Positions 48,598 to 62,564 of a stretch of DNA of 64,000 nucleotides are shown in pieces. Made by a program: the position numbers and the translations under genes. How positions within the stretch are numbered: position 1 is the first letter of the stretch; every line of letters starts with the position of its first letter. The notes beneath the pieces are model-generated. The model was not told the origin of the DNA. It saw nothing but the letters and a program-made list of their open reading frames with translations, and made no database searches. The stretch is from Takakia lepidozioides (Eukaryota > Plantae > Bryophyta). The stretch covers positions 78,740,001 through 78,804,000 of the forward strand of contig CM060732.1 in NCBI GenBank assembly GCA_030704615.1, read 5' to 3'.

Positions 48598-51359
48598 ACG
48601 TCGTCTTAGCAGATGGTGCCACTTAAGCACTTACCCGCTCTGCCCTCTAAGGACCTAGTCCATTGGGGGGGCGGAGCCCCGACTCGCCCCCGAAAGGTCA
48701 TGGCAAAGAGATATTAGTTCAACAAAGCATAAAAAAAACTAATTGTGTTGTGAAAAAAATTAATATAATCAATTTATCAATTAATTGGAACGTTATACTC
48801 AATTTGTGAAAAGGAATTATGCTTCTTTTTCGGGGATGGGTGTCCTGTGGTCGCGTTATTTATATGTCCAATTTCCTAATGTGGCAGGTAATACGCCCCG
48901 CTGTGCCCTCATATTAATAATTAAATTTATGTTTCATTTTTATTACTACATTATTAAGTAAGACCTAAGACCTTATTTGCATTTGCAAAAATACATCTAT
49001 TTCTTTTTTAATTGGATGGTTGGGTATATATCATTTTTTTTTTTTGATCCTTATTTTTCCATTTTGTCACCTCTTCTTTTAATACTATCGGTATTACTAA
49101 ACTTTTACTTCCCCAGTATATTATTAGCCGCACTAGTCCTGATTTTTTATTCATTGGTAGAACTACTAATAGACTTCCGTATTCGCTTTTTGCGAACCTT
49201 TGTATTTTAAGAGTTTCGTTGATATTCACAACGCTTATCAATCCAAAACTATTAATCACGAGAAGCCTATTTCGTTAGTAACCGGAAAATAATTACTACC
49301 CGGAATAGCTAGAGATGCCATTAGGCCAGTTACGGATCCCGGGGTGGCAGATATAGATTCAAATGCCTCTGAGGTACTCGTTGATATTAGAAGGGGCGCG
49401 CTTGATGATCCCAAAGGAATAGCATTTCCAGCGAAAAATCCGGAATATCGTGCTTACTACAATAAAGAGATTAATGAACTTAGTCGACTTGTTATGAAGG
49501 AAGCGAGTGATAATCGCATATTTTTTTATATTTATATAGGTATGGACAGAAGATTGTCATTACCCTTATTCCTGCTGGAACTATTGTTGGTACTTCCGCT
49601 GCAATTATTTATCAAGCATCGCGACCTACAACAGATGTGGTTACCCCTAAAAGTGCTGGTACCTCTATAGGTACTGATACTTCTACGGGTACTGGTACTT
49701 CTACGGGGGCTCTATAAATGTCATTGACATCTTAAGAAGAGTATTATATCTTGATAGATAATACTAGCGAAAAAATAAATATATATATATTTTTTTTTGC
49801 AACATACGCAAGCCAACTAATCAGGGGCACGCCTAATTTCGTACCTTGATACATGGAAGAGCGTAGAACAAATAACCTAGGATTCAGCGCTACTGGATTA
49901 CTCGATGGAGCCTGCGGGTCAACAGGTGAGTTTACCGCATTAATAATTAGAATTCCCGAAACAACATTCGACCGAGGACTCAGGGATAATATCCTAGGGG
50001 AATTCGGAGTTGCAGCGGGCGGCAGGTCCGTTATTTCAGCCGAATTTTGTGTTACAAGGTATGCCTTTACATCTCTACCCAAATCATCAGATAACTGATC
50101 AAGAGGTTTTTCACCCACTAACCTCGTAACAAGAGCTGTCGCCATGCCAGCACCTGCATCGAAGTTATCAATGCGCCGTCCTAAGTTACTACTACTGCCT
50201 ATTCTATTTCCTAATTGCCTAGCTTGAACATTCAGTTCGGGGCGAACTTCAGCAAGAACCAGGGAGGTCTCAGTAACTTGTGAAAGAGTAGTCCTACTTT
50301 TGCTGGCAATCTGTTAAACCTGCGCAGTCACAACATTAATAGCTTCTGACTTTCTGCATGTAACTTGTCCAGAACGTCATTGGTGTCCCTCAACAACCTG
50401 TCGGCCCGAGTTCGCTAATTTCCTAAATCTCGAATAGTACATCTTCATAAGAAAGTAGATCACTGCGATTAATAATATAACTAATAACTAAAAGAATTGA
50501 ATTGATTAGACCCCCAAAACTCCTAGAGAAGGACCGCTTCTCAATCGTTTATAAGTGTTGGCTATGCTTATGGCTGGCTGGTTTTCGTCGGAACCGAAGA
50601 AGCAACTTCAATAAGCTTAAGATTGCTTGCAGATAAGTCGATATATGGTTGGGACGATTTGGATAATACGTTCAAGAGACGGATAGCCGATCGAGATGGT
50701 GGCGTATATCCAGCGATTCCTTAGAAACTTGATAATACTGGGAATCCGCCTTCGGCCCTGAGGTTAAAGTGGACTCCTGATAAACCGGAGTGAAGTAATC
50801 TTTTCGAGTAGTATGTATGGTATTGTTAGTTTTTTAAATAGTAAAATATTATTTATGGTATCGCTAGTACAGAATATGAATTTCGTTTTCCATTCTTACC
50901 TCTTCTTCATTTTACTCTCATCGAGTTAACAGCTCCTAAATTTGGCCCGGCTCCGCTCGTACACGCTCCTATCTATCCCACAGCCCTCCCCCTCTCTCTA
51001 CAGAACGGAGCATGACTTGCAAGACAGAACAGCAAGGACTGACAGAACACAACTTGCTGGACTTGACTTGCGGGACGGAACAGGAAGGACGGAACGGCAC
51101 AGAACTAGAAGGCAATGAAAAGACGGAATCCGCGCCTTCGGCGCTACTTTCCTCCCCCGGTGCCGGAGGCACCTCAGCCTCGGTACCAAAGGTTTCTTCC
51201 TTCGGCATAATTTATATTTTCCGCTCCGAATCTAAGCCTGTTAGGTTTAAGGTAATTACTCGTAATATACGAGCCCTCCCCGAAAGTACGATGTTATATT
51301 TGGATGTGTATATGAACTGCCATAATTAATAAATCACGGAGAACTTATATAAAAAGATT

Positions 51360-51432
51360 TGGGTATAGCAGGACTTGAACCTGCGACCATTAAGTTAAAA
51401 GCCTAATGCTCTACCAACTAAGCTATACACCC
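51360..51432 (-). tRNA. trnK: tRNA-Lys(UUU)
   Basis: GGGTGTATAGCTTAGTTGG...CTTTTAA...GGTTCAAGTCCTGCTATACCCA. Confidence 0.95.
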
Positions 51433-52484
51433 AGAGAGTCTTGATTATGAGGCCGGAGATCCATTATTATGTAATTGTAATTGGGCGAAAAATTCGTGAA
51501 AAAAAAAAAAAAATAACCTGAAATGCGAGCCGTGAACAGCGGAGCGTATCCAAGGCGTAGCGAAAAAGAAATATATTATTCTTTTTCGCAGCAAGAAATA
51601 TATATATATATTTTTTTTTTCACCGAAACGGAAGAACTGGGAGGAACGGGAGGATAAAATGGAGAGAGCCACCACCAGATATTTGACCACAGCCACCTTT
51701 TGACCACCTTAACAATCAAAAACAATCAAAGTGGTCAATTTGCGCTCAGAACCCGACCAAGGTGTCGTCTTACAATTGACAACTTCCTGACGAAGCGAGA
51801 AAGCTACGACTAACGCGGGGTTTGGCCTTCTTCCCACAGTCATCGGCTCTACCTCAAACTCCTTACCATATGATTAAACTCTCGCCTACACATGCTTCAA
51901 AGAACCCTATATATAGCCAAGCTTAGTACTACACCGAGACCGGAGCTCCGGTGAGAGAATACAAAAAAAATATCTATTTCTTTTTTTTTCAGCCTTCCGC
52001 GCGGAGCGCGATCTCTTCTTTCGCAGAACCGCTGTCTCGAACAGCCTTGGAACAAACAGAAACAGCCCGCCTCACAATTTGAAGAGTAATAAAATACAAA
52101 AATACGCTGGCGAACCACACATAGATTATGAAGCACATAAGAGATTGCAGAAACATTAATGCGATGCGAAAAGCCACTCCAATCCAAAAATATATAATTT
52201 TTTCCAGACAATGACTCTACGCCGTAGGCCCTCCGCCTCTTGGCGGTTGCAGCACTATGCGCTTTTATCGTTCCACCTCATCCTTACGGCCTTCATTCGT
52301 TCCGCTGGGGTGTAAAAAATATATTGTAGCGAAGTTCGGAATGACCTCCGACGTATTATCCAGCTGCCAAGCCGCGGGTGGTTCGTAAGGGTTCTACTAA
52401 GTAGATGCAACGCGCAGCGTGTTACGCATCCTTGTAAAGTAAAGTCTTTCGACCTAATGTTTATTACTTTGGTCTTATGGAATA

Positions 52485-52558
52485 TAGGCTTAGTAGGACT
52501 CGAACCTACAATATCACCGTTATGAGCGGTGCGTTTGAACCAATTAAACTATAAGCCC
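52485..52558 (-). tRNA. trnI: tRNA-Ile(CAU, lysidine type)
   Basis: GGGCTTATAGTTTAATTGG...CTCATAA...GGTTCGAGTCCTACTAAGCCTA, the plant mt trnI-CAU type. Confidence 0.88.
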
Positions 52559-53132
52559 TTGATTCGATATGCTTACTAGCATATCGAATCAAGCGGAACC
52601 TGTTGCCTCCGTGAACTATGGGAGGCTGGGAATCGAACGAAAAGGGGCCTAGGAGAGCTAAGAAGTAAGCAAAAAAAATATATATATATATTTTTTGCTT
52701 ACTTCTTAGCTCAGAAGAATGAAACGCATGGTTAGCGGCGTAAGACCACGCGGAAGCGGTTGGTGGGCGAACGAAGGCTGAGGGTAACAAGCGCACAACG
52801 AAGAAAGAAGGAATATAGACCTGCGGCCTATGACCTTCGGTTCTATTCTCCCCAAGGAGCCTTTGGGGCTCTACTGTCGAAGCAGTTGCAAAGGTCAAAT
52901 ACCCCCCTGTTTCTCTGTCAGTTTTTCCATGCGTATGCTCTTGGTGGCGAGTGAAGGGCTCGAACGTACGAATCGTTCGGCCCTGGGGTGCTCATTTTAG
53001 GAAATAAAAAATCTAGATTTTTTGGGCGCAGCCCTCTGCCCATGAGGGGCAGAGGGCGCAGCTCTCTTCGCTCTGCGAATAGGGTGCAGCAAAAATATAG
53101 GGTTTTTCCCAAAAAATCCCGGCACCAATAAA

Positions 53133-56100
53133 TCGAAGGACAAATGATGTTGGAAACGCCGTCGTTGAGGCGAACGAAGCAATAGCTTCAGTTGAAGCAG
53201 GACCTGAAATGGCATGACCAAATGATTGCTTAGCCAATGATGGATTTCGCGCAACGGAATGAGGTTGGATAGGGGTTATTCTCATGTCGCCCTTCGAAGC
53301 AATCAGAAGGTACCCACGATGCGCGATTCCCCCCCCCCCCCCCGATGGAACCGTACGTGATAGTTACCCATCATACGGCTCCTCTTTTTCCACATCTCAC
53401 GTGTTTTCCCCATCTCCGAAGTATTTGCGCCGCTTCCAGGCCGAAGGTTTAACCCGGCGGGTCATTGTAGATTCCACGTGGTGTCTGTGATATAGTGGTA
53501 TCTGTTTGCGATTCAGTGCCGAATGTATAGCGCCCAGACCAGTGATCCTTCTGCCGCCTTGGCTTTGTACGCTCACTATTTTCTACTGTCCAGACCTTTC
53601 CGCCGAATATCAGGTGCATCTCTATATCATCATTCGCGCGACCGAACACAGCGCACCAGCTCTTAGGAAAAAGGTTACTAGGTGTTAGCCGTATGGTTGT
53701 CGAACGTAGGATGTCATCGACTGCATCTCGTCGGATGTTGGTAAGTAACCCTTTTCCCATGCGAGCTATGGTTGGGGAACCTGGAAACTTGGCGATTACC
53801 TCGCCCTTTCCGTTTAGGCCCCGCGGCCCCTCAGTACATTCGACAATCACCTTTGCGGTATTGCATCGGTGCTTACTCGCCGGTGTGAATAGCGCTGACC
53901 ATCTCACCTGGTAGTCCACCAGACGTCGAACCTTGTGGGAATTATCACAGCAGCGGTAGTATCTAAGAGGTCCATAGGCTGGGGACGAGAAGTAGGACAC
54001 AATCGCTTCGTCCGAGGAACTGAGCATCGAAGTAAGTGTGGTGGGACGAGCTTTGGTAGGCAGGAGTATCCCTTTCCTCCGTAGTTTCTCCGTTATCACC
54101 TCCATCGGAGCCAGGATCTGCATGGGTAACACTCCATAGCTTCCCGCCGTCTCCGTCGTAATGTATTCACTCTCAGAAATTATTTCTTCTTTCGCTCGTC
54201 GACTCATCATCCATCGTCCAAGTAGTTTTATAAAGGCCCCGTCAGCTGTTTATGGGCCTGCAGGATCCCCTCTGGTTTCACCTCTCTCGACTTTTTCGAG
54301 GACGAAATACCTAGTGACCTCTTGTGCTTTTGTGAACATGACCCGTTCCGCCGCTTCCCGAGACGAAAGGTCCTGTCCAGTCTTCTTAAGAGCCCATGTC
54401 CATGCACCAAGGGTTAGATCCCCAATTGATTGTTCCAACTCTCTTTCCGTATCTCCGCCCATTTCTGAATGTGGGCCTTGCTTCGACGGCGCTTTCCCAT
54501 TTCTTCAGAGAAGCGTCTGGGCCATCTGCTGGCCAGGACCCCGGCTATTCTCATCCCGAGAAATAGAACCGATCCGCTAGCTATGTGCGCATACAACGCC
54601 AGGCCCACTTCTAGGTGTAGATCGGATTTAAAGAACTGCGCAATCCCACCTCGGATCTCCTCAACCAGATCTCTCGAGCCCGCGATACCGAGTGGAAATT
54701 CTTCCGCGTGGCGTACGTACCGCAATCTCACCAAGCCCGGGTCATCGTGGATTTGTAGCAGGGGCTAAGCTGGCTGGAGAGCCGATAAAAGATCCAGGCT
54801 GAAAGGCCGGGGGAGAAAGGGCCGCAGGGCGCCAGCTCTCTGCCCATGAATGCAGAGGGCGCAGCAAAAAAAAGAGTTTTCTTGCTGCTGCTGCGCCCCT
54901 TCCTGGACCTCTTCAGCTTTCTGGGCTCCTAGTCTCGCCAGCATCGTGGTGTTTCCGCAATGAGCTCGTCTCTCTGCTTTCGATATAGCGACAGTTTTAT
55001 TGTACTCTGGGTCCGGTTCCCGCTCGGTTTGGGAGGTGTTGGAGTCACGTTGGATCTTCCCCACTTCCAGGTCTGGCTCGTTCGGGTAAATGTTGCGAAG
55101 TAGGGGTGATATGACGGAGCTACCTTGTGGGACTCCCGCTTCAGGCGATCTGCGGCCTCTGCCTTGAACAGCTTCAATATCGGATCCATAAACCGTTGAT
55201 CATGGATCTCTTCCTGGAGAATCGAGACTAAGCGGTGCCGGTCGATCGTGTCATAGCACTTTCTAATGTCGAATTCCAGTAACCACGAGATTCCCATCCA
55301 AGTGTTTTTGATCTCCTCGAGTGTTGTGTGGCACCCTCGTGAGGGACGGGATCCATGTGGGGAATTGGAGAAGAGCGGCTCATCTATTTTCTCAAGAGTC
55401 ATACGCATTGCCTCCTGTATAATTCAGTCCCTCGGGTTCCCTATGCGTTCTTTAACGCGCAGCGGAGAATAAAAATAAAAAAAGATATATATTTCTTTTC
55501 GGCTTTGCGTCTTCTTGGTTTTGGTACAATAACTCGTCTGACCGGTTGAACCACATAAGATCCCCTTGTAAGGCTCCCTTGGGCTTTCCGGAACCATTAT
55601 AGGCTAATACCTCCCAGTGTTTCTACTGCCGGGTCCCATCCGGGATTACCCGGTTTCGACTTCAGCTTTTCGTAAGCCGCTATCAGTACGTTAAGGTCTG
55701 ATATTATCTCCATCAGATTATCATACTTCCCACCATTAGGTCCACGCGTTGGTGAATTTCGCCGGGCAAGCAGCAAAAAAAAAAGTAGTTTTCTTTTTGC
55801 TTCCTTTTCCGGGAAAAAGCCGGAACTACATTCCTCGTCGGAGAAAAAATATAGACCTACGGCCTTTCCTGCGGGAGGTTTTCCATTCATCCCCGGATGT
55901 ATATCTCTGTCACCGGGATTACCATCCTTGTAGCTGTCATCCCTGTCAACCCGCCCAACCTGTTCAGTGCCCTCTAAGCCTAACCGACGTGAGTCGGCGA
56001 CCACAGGTCGTTCATCCCCCCCCTAGGGGCTCCCTTTCACCGTTGATTCTCGGTGTACTTGAGTAGGGGCGGCAACCTGTGATGAGAATAATCCCCCCTA

Positions 56101-59100
56101 GTTCATGGGAGCGGCCATTGTCGAGATTCGTCCACCTACACTTAAACAAGCCACTTTCCTAACTCCGCGGCATCGCCTCTCCTAGGGAATAGGCGGGAGT
56201 TGGATTACTGCCCCCGGCCCCGGCAGGACGCGAAGGAAGCGTCATCGGGTTTCAGATGCGAAGCTCCGCACATCGAAGAATTCCGATAGGGTGGTTCCTC
56301 CCCCCGGTCAGAACCACACGTGCAAGTTTCCCCGCATGTGGCTCGTCCATGGCAATTTATTCAGCTTTTGCGGCTTTTTGCCGTATAAGCGCTACTGGTC
56401 CTTCTTGCACGGGGACGCGCAGCTACTACGCGATTTCCCCCCGTGCACCTCGTAACTACGGCCTTTGCGGCATAGTGTGATCTACTTTCTAGATTTGGCT
56501 ATGGCTGCCTTAACAAGAGCCTTCGGCCCCCTTCAGGATATATTGAAGAGGTCTCAGGTTATGTAGTTCAAGCTGGTTTGTGCTACCGCACAATTCGCAT
56601 TCCTTCCCCAGTTGTGAGTAGTCCGCCCGCTCTATCCACGCCTCACTCTATCACGTTCCTCGGTTATAGTTCTTCGGGTATAGTTACCTCACTAAATCGA
56701 GGGGCTTTTATTTTATGTGAAACTTTCCCAGAGTTTTCGGAGAAGTGAGGTAGTATAGTGACGCTACCTCCTGACCTTTTTCCGTGATCCGCAGGTTCGA
56801 ACCAGATTTGTGTAAAGCAGCCCCGGTTGACCGTAGGCTATGTTTTCTGGCCTTAGAGCGCAGGACTTTCTATAGATGATGGACACAACTTTCCATAGGG
56901 AAGAGCGCTTGTTCACGAATGAATAATAGTTAACGATGCCGCGTATCACCGATGAGAAATGAGTCACAATGTTTTTGTCCCCTGGGGCCGCCAATCGTTG
57001 ATTGGAGGTTGCTCGGGCTGATCCCTTGGCGTTTCGTTTCGCATATTCACGTTCCAAGGCTTCAGTTATTAATAAGTCCTTGATGGGAGCGATTAGTCAT
57101 GGACGTGTTATCGATCGGAGTCTGGTTGGTTTGACGTGAGATACCTCGTCAGTGCTTAGAGTTCCCACACTTCCGATGCCGTAATATGTTACTAATGCGC
57201 CTGAGTATTTGGCCATTTCGGACTTTGCGTCTAATATTGGACCTTTTCGTTCGTTCATGTCTAACTTAAGTTCTTCCTTCAGGAAGTTTTGCACGGCCCT
57301 TCGGATATCCAAGGCATCTTGTTTGCTACCGTCCTTTGGATTAAGATTAAGATTCTTCTTCTATTCCGCCAACGCGGGACGCATATCCCCTACATTGTAT
57401 CTGGGTATTAGTACGTCTTCGACATAGCGGTCCAATTCATGTGGGAAAATATTGGCACGAAGCGGGGATATGATAGAGCCCTTACGGCCTCTGCGTCGTA
57501 TTGCGTTCGATCTGTAAGGTTGTATACATCAACATAGCCCGCGTCAAGTAGCTTTCGTATGAGATCCTGTGGTGCTTTAGATCGCAGCACTGGTTCCATT
57601 TTATTAATAAGCAGATCGTGCTGAATCTTGTCTAAATATTTTTCAATTTGTACAAGCCGAGTCATGGCCGTCCACGAGTACCGCAGGTCTCGGAAGACTG
57701 TATGACAGCTTCCCCCAGGGCGAAAACTGTGGCTTGATTCTCTGGAAAGAGGCTCAACGGTTCCACCAGTCCGAGGTGGATTGCGCAATTTCGCCAACCA
57801 TCGAAGCAATAGAAAAAGGCCTACTATTCCCACCATCCGGTTCAGGAATCATGATTCGTTTGGCCGGTTTCGGAGCATGCATAAGTCTGCCCTCTCAAAA
57901 ACTCTTTGGATAGTCTCTCAAGGCCCTTGTCAGTCATTTCCGCTTCGGTTCCACTGTCGGTTCCTGGGGCAGGGCTACATTATCTCTTGGTCTCCTGTAG
58001 CCAGCAACCCTGAGGTTGTCTATGTCGTAAATGTCCTCGTAGGAGACGCGATCGGGCGCAGGAGGCGCCACCGGTCTAGACTCACCTTTATTGGCGTTAG
58101 TTCTAGTAGTTGCTTTCGCTGATTCTGCTACCCTTTCCAGCCGCGGACACGCCGCGTCTTTCCGGGGTAGCGCATTACCATCTACAGCCCTTCCCTCAAA
58201 GTCTTTCACGTTACGGGCATCGTCGTATGTGCGACTTGTTTTGCCCAGTGTATCCCTCGGAGTACTTATGGCTGATCTGTCACCCATTCCCTTTTCGGTT
58301 ATACCTTGGTCCCTTGGGTTTTCGCGCCTAGGTGTCAGCCCTTTCGGGGTCCATTGGGGTGATCCCTCGCTTTCACGTTTGGTTGTTTGCTCGTCGTTTA
58401 GGTTAGTGAGCGTCTTTTCATGCTCTTTGCAGTTTCCCCCGGAGGGTTGTTCGCACCAAGGGTTTAGTTGGGCCTTGGAGCCTTCCGGGCCACCTTTGTT
58501 GGAAGGGGTAACGCTTGACCCTGATGCACTCGCGATAACCGTGCGACGAAACTCGGCCAGACCCCATGCTATGGTTCCCTGCGGTCTGTTTCCGCGCTAT
58601 AGGTCAGGGGACCGCCCGTGCGATAATCTGTTAACCTTCGCTGATCCAAACGCGCTCTGGCGAGGCGCACACTAAATACGTTTCCAATACCTACAGCAGC
58701 TCCCGCTGAAGCAATGGTAGCTGCTCCTGCTCCAATGTTAACCTAAGCCGCTCCATCGCTGGCGCAGCTCGGCTTCCGAACCGTACGTGAGCCTACGGCC
58801 TCATACGGCTCTTCTCATAATGTTTGTATCTTTGCGAGTCTTGGCCATGTGAAAGAAAGTGTTTATGCAGCAATTGAAGGTTTGCATAAGTGTCCTGCTA
58901 CGCCATCCGCTTCCTCCGGGAGTAATGTGATCCACCTCTACCAAATCCCCGACATTAATAGCCTTCGGCACTGGTTAAAGAGGCCTCCCCGCACCTCCTT
59001 CCAAGAGCCTAAGCTATCGTTGATTCGGATGCTTCCGCAGTCTTACACTCCACTCAGTACATCGTATCACCATCGAACGGTTACAAAAAAAAATATTTAT

Positions 59101-60165
59101 TTTATTTGTTGGCTGAACAGAGGCCGAAGGGATGCGACGCATGGGTTGTGCACCTCCATCTAACTGCAATGTTCGCACCATCTCCGATCTCGACTCTCCG
59201 GTGGTGATAGATAATAGTATTGTCCACCCTGCAGCCTGCCTTTGTTTGACGTACCGCACGGCTATCAATCTGGCCTGTACTCCAGCCGTTAGCCGTTCTT
59301 GGAGTGCCTGCATTTTCCCATGGTCATTCTGTCGCGAAGCCTTGTAGATCCTGGATTGTAATCTGAACACATACCCTTCGACCTTTGGCCAGGGCGCAGC
59401 GTGTCCAGGCCGAAGGTAAATAAAAATAGAGTTTTTTCGCAGGTTTTATTTTTCGCTTTTGGATATTCATAAAAATACCACTTTAAAAAAAATATATATT
59501 TTTTTTTTGCTGCACCCTCTCACCCAAGGTGCGGAGCGCCCAGTTCTTTTTTCGAAGTTATGAGTCTCCAAGTGGGCATATCACGATCATTTACCACCGC
59601 GCTTTCGCTTCTTGGAGAATCCTGCTATCAATGAACATGTGGCCTGGCTAGCCTACCCTACGATCATTCGTTTGGAGTTCAAGGTAGTTACCCCGTTCCC
59701 AAGTCGGATTGTTGCGAGAACCTGAAAGACGAGCAATACTGCGGGAGGTGGAACACGAACGTAGGACGTAGTGGAAGCAACTACTTCCCCGGCCTCTCTT
59801 TCCGTATTCCCAGAATGCCTGTGATTAGAAATCAAGCTAATCATACTGTTCCTCATTGACTTGTGGTCTAGCCCCCAATAAGGGTTCAGCATACCGAAGG
59901 TGATCGGGCACCGAAGCTTAAACTCGTTCACGAAAGTGTTCCTCTCGGTCTTCTTCCTGCGACCATTCTGCTACGAATTCCGGGGTTGCCACTCCCATGT
60001 AATGATCGAGAGTTTGCGGGACATTACCGCGCGACAGGGATTACACCTGCATCCGACGAGAGTTAGAATATTAAGTTCCGGCCAAAAAGAAATATATTTC
60101 TCTTTGCAAAAGTACTTTTAAGCTTGTAGGCCAACGGGTCGCACTGATTTTGCACCTTCTAGCGT
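53133..60165 (-). CDS. atp9: ATP synthase subunit 9; exons 60145-60165, 58671-58736, 56272-56279 and 53133-53262; ACG start and CGA stop both need editing
   Basis: The exons total 225 nt: LEGAK|[22 protein letters not shown]|SSI|HSVARNP...TEAIA. Confidence 0.93.
53263..56271 (-). mobile_element. Group II intron atp9i95 with degenerate maturase
   Basis: GTGCG start, [17 protein letters not shown], domain X, domain V at ~53345-53382. Confidence 0.9.
56280..58670 (-). mobile_element. Group II intron atp9i87 with degenerate maturase
   Basis: GTGCG start, [17 protein letters not shown], domain V at ~56310-56345, end GGAAT. Confidence 0.9.
58737..60144 (-). mobile_element. Group II intron atp9i21 with RT0 remnant
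   Basis: GTGCG start, [10 protein letters not shown] remnant, domain V, end GGTTAAC. Confidence 0.9.
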
Positions 60166-61041
60166 AACCATTTAATTTTTGTTTTTGTCAAAACAATGAC
60201 CATTCAGGGGCTGATCAATCAAAATGAAGCCAACCCAACCATTTAGCCCAAAAGGGGTGATGTCATGTCCATTTCATGTGGTTGGAACACAAAGGAAGGC
60301 TCGAAGATGTGTTCTATTTACACAATCTCCACTGGTGTAGCCAGTAGAGCGGAGAGACTTTTCGGAGTCGTATGGCTGGAAGTTGCGCTTCATACTCAGT
60401 CTCATGAGGAATGCAATTACTATGTAATTGCTAGAGAGTAGGGAGAAAAAGAAATATTTTTTCTTCACCCTCTGCCTTCTCGTCTCTCGACTCCAATCCG
60501 GTGTTCTTCTCCCCGGATGGTTTGATAGAACCTAAGTCCTAAAGAATAGACTCGACAAGTTCGATCCTTCGGCCTGCGGCTCTTTTTCGTAAAGCCAAAA
60601 GCTTCCGCCCCCCAAGCACTCGAATCTTCGAAAGCCGGAGGTACGACGGGAATTTCCGTCGTGTCCGTCGTGGAAGTTGCGAGAATATCCGTTGTGCCTG
60701 GCGTACCGGCCCCTGTATCATTCGAAACAACGGAAAAAAAAAATTCCCTGTGATCCATTGAGCCTTTTAATAATTTTAGTTATTGTTGTTCTTCATAGAA
60801 AGGAAGCCTATTTACCAACAAACCTGGCTGGTTTTTAGGACATACTAGGGCTCGAAAGGACTGGCACTTGTTGTTATCTCCCCGGATGTGCTAGACCCGC
60901 TGTTAGATAACGAGAGCCCCCCCCCTCCCTACATCAGCATCAGGAGAAGGTGGAACCGGACCTGTATCCTGGAATTTCACTATGTGTTGTCAAGACTATG
61001 TGTTGTCAAGTAATTGAAAATGAATAACTTTATGGTGATAT

Positions 61042-61398
61042 TTGAACACGGCGTCTTTTAGGGGGTCGGCATCCATTATGTGGCGTTGGGGTTACATCTC
61101 TAATTCTGGTAATAATAAGACCTCCTAGTCGTAAACCACGTAGCGAAGATTCCTTTCCATAACCTAATCCTTTTATTCTAACTTCAACCGACTTAATTCC
61201 CGGTCGAATGGCAGTTCGCGCGGCATTTTCTGCAGTTGCTTGAGCAGCATAATTGGTTGAGCGACGAGATCCCTTGAACCCCGATGAACCTGAGGAGGAC
61301 CAAGTTTTTGTATCTCCTTTATAATCCGTTGCAGTAATAATGGTATTACTTAAAGTTGATTGAGTATATGCAATACCGTGCTTTTCTTTTTTTTGCAT
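61042..61398 (-). CDS. rps11: Ribosomal protein S11; probable CAA-to-UAA stop (genomic stop at 61030)
   Basis: NTIIT, GFKGSRRST and DVTPTPHNGCRPPK. Confidence 0.94.
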
Positions 61399-61851
61399 GA
61401 GTTTTTTTTGAATGTTTAGATTCCGTTTGATATCATCGATTGGGGTTTTTTATGATCCATCTCATCCGTTTACTAATGAGAAATAAATTTGGTAGAAAAT
61501 AAGAACGAGTTTGTACAGAATAATCCATTTCATTGAACGAGAGAGAAGGCCGCAACTTTTCGTTCTCTGGCTCAGAGAATCAACCGTATTCTCTTCTCTG
61601 AGCCCGCCCCCGCCTCTTGGCAGTTGCAACGCGGGGATAGATGAGGAATATGCGACGATTCAAGAAAAAAAAAATATATATTTCTTTGCCTGTATGCCAA
61701 TAGGAGCCGGCCGGCCTTACCAATCGACGATGTTTTTGCGGGGGAAAAGTCAATCACAAGCCGTGTCGTTGAGTTTAAAATTCATTACACATCGCTTCGC
61801 GCCTCCATTATCGCGAGTGATGATAAAAAAACCTACAGCCTGCAGCCTGAA

Positions 61852-62226
61852 TCAACTTCGTTTATTGATCGAAACGTTTCCGAATTTGCGACAAATCTTA
61901 GCATTAGTAGGATTTCGTTGACCGCGTAGGGGCAATCCTGCAATATGGCGAAAACCACGATAACAACCAATACTTATCAATTGTTTGATATCCCTCTGAA
62001 TTACTCTCTCCGATTCTGAATCAACCAAATAATTTTGACTCATTATTATTTTGATAATTTGGTTAATTGGAGTTGACTTATTAAACTTAATGTTAATTGA
62101 GGCCTGATTGATCACAAACTTAAATTTTTTTTTAGGGCCAATTTCAGAGATTCGAGTTGAGAAGCAATTTATACTTGTCCATTCGACACTAAATTAGTTC
62201 CTAAAATATATTAATTATGATGACAT
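61852..62226 (-). pseudogene. rps13: rps13 pseudogene
   Basis: The C-terminus is recognisable (CYRGFRH.GLPLRGQR), but the 5' half has an insertion after ATG TCA, in-frame TAA codons and frameshifts. Confidence 0.82.
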
Positions 62227-62228
62227 GA

Positions 62229-62546
62229 TTTATTTTTTTTTTTTTCTTGTTTCCCACGTAGAATTCCGTTTCGATATTGTATACCTTTTCCTTTACAAAT
62301 TTAAGGAGGTTTACAACTTTTGACGCTGGCAGCAAATTGAGTTACTTTTTGATGATCTATTCCAGTACAACAAATGAGATTAGGCTTGAAGCGAAAAACG
62401 CGAACTGAAGGCGTAACTGTAACTTGAAGTCGAATCTCAGGACTAAATCCTAATTTTGAATATGAAATAGAGCCTTGTGGGGTACTACTGGCTTTGTATC
62501 CAACTCCAACCAATTATTAAAAAAAAAAAAATAATTTGACTTCCAT
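62229..62546 (-). pseudogene. rpl6: rpl6 pseudogene
   Basis: GVGYKA...KPP*ICKGKGI: a frameshift in the poly-T run after MEVKL and an internal TAA. Confidence 0.82.
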
Positions 62547-62564
62547 AAACTCGACTTGATTTTT

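Noticed and set aside
58091-58675. 194-aa plus-strand ORF
   Set aside because: Antisense to the atp9i87 intron, with no recognisable domain.
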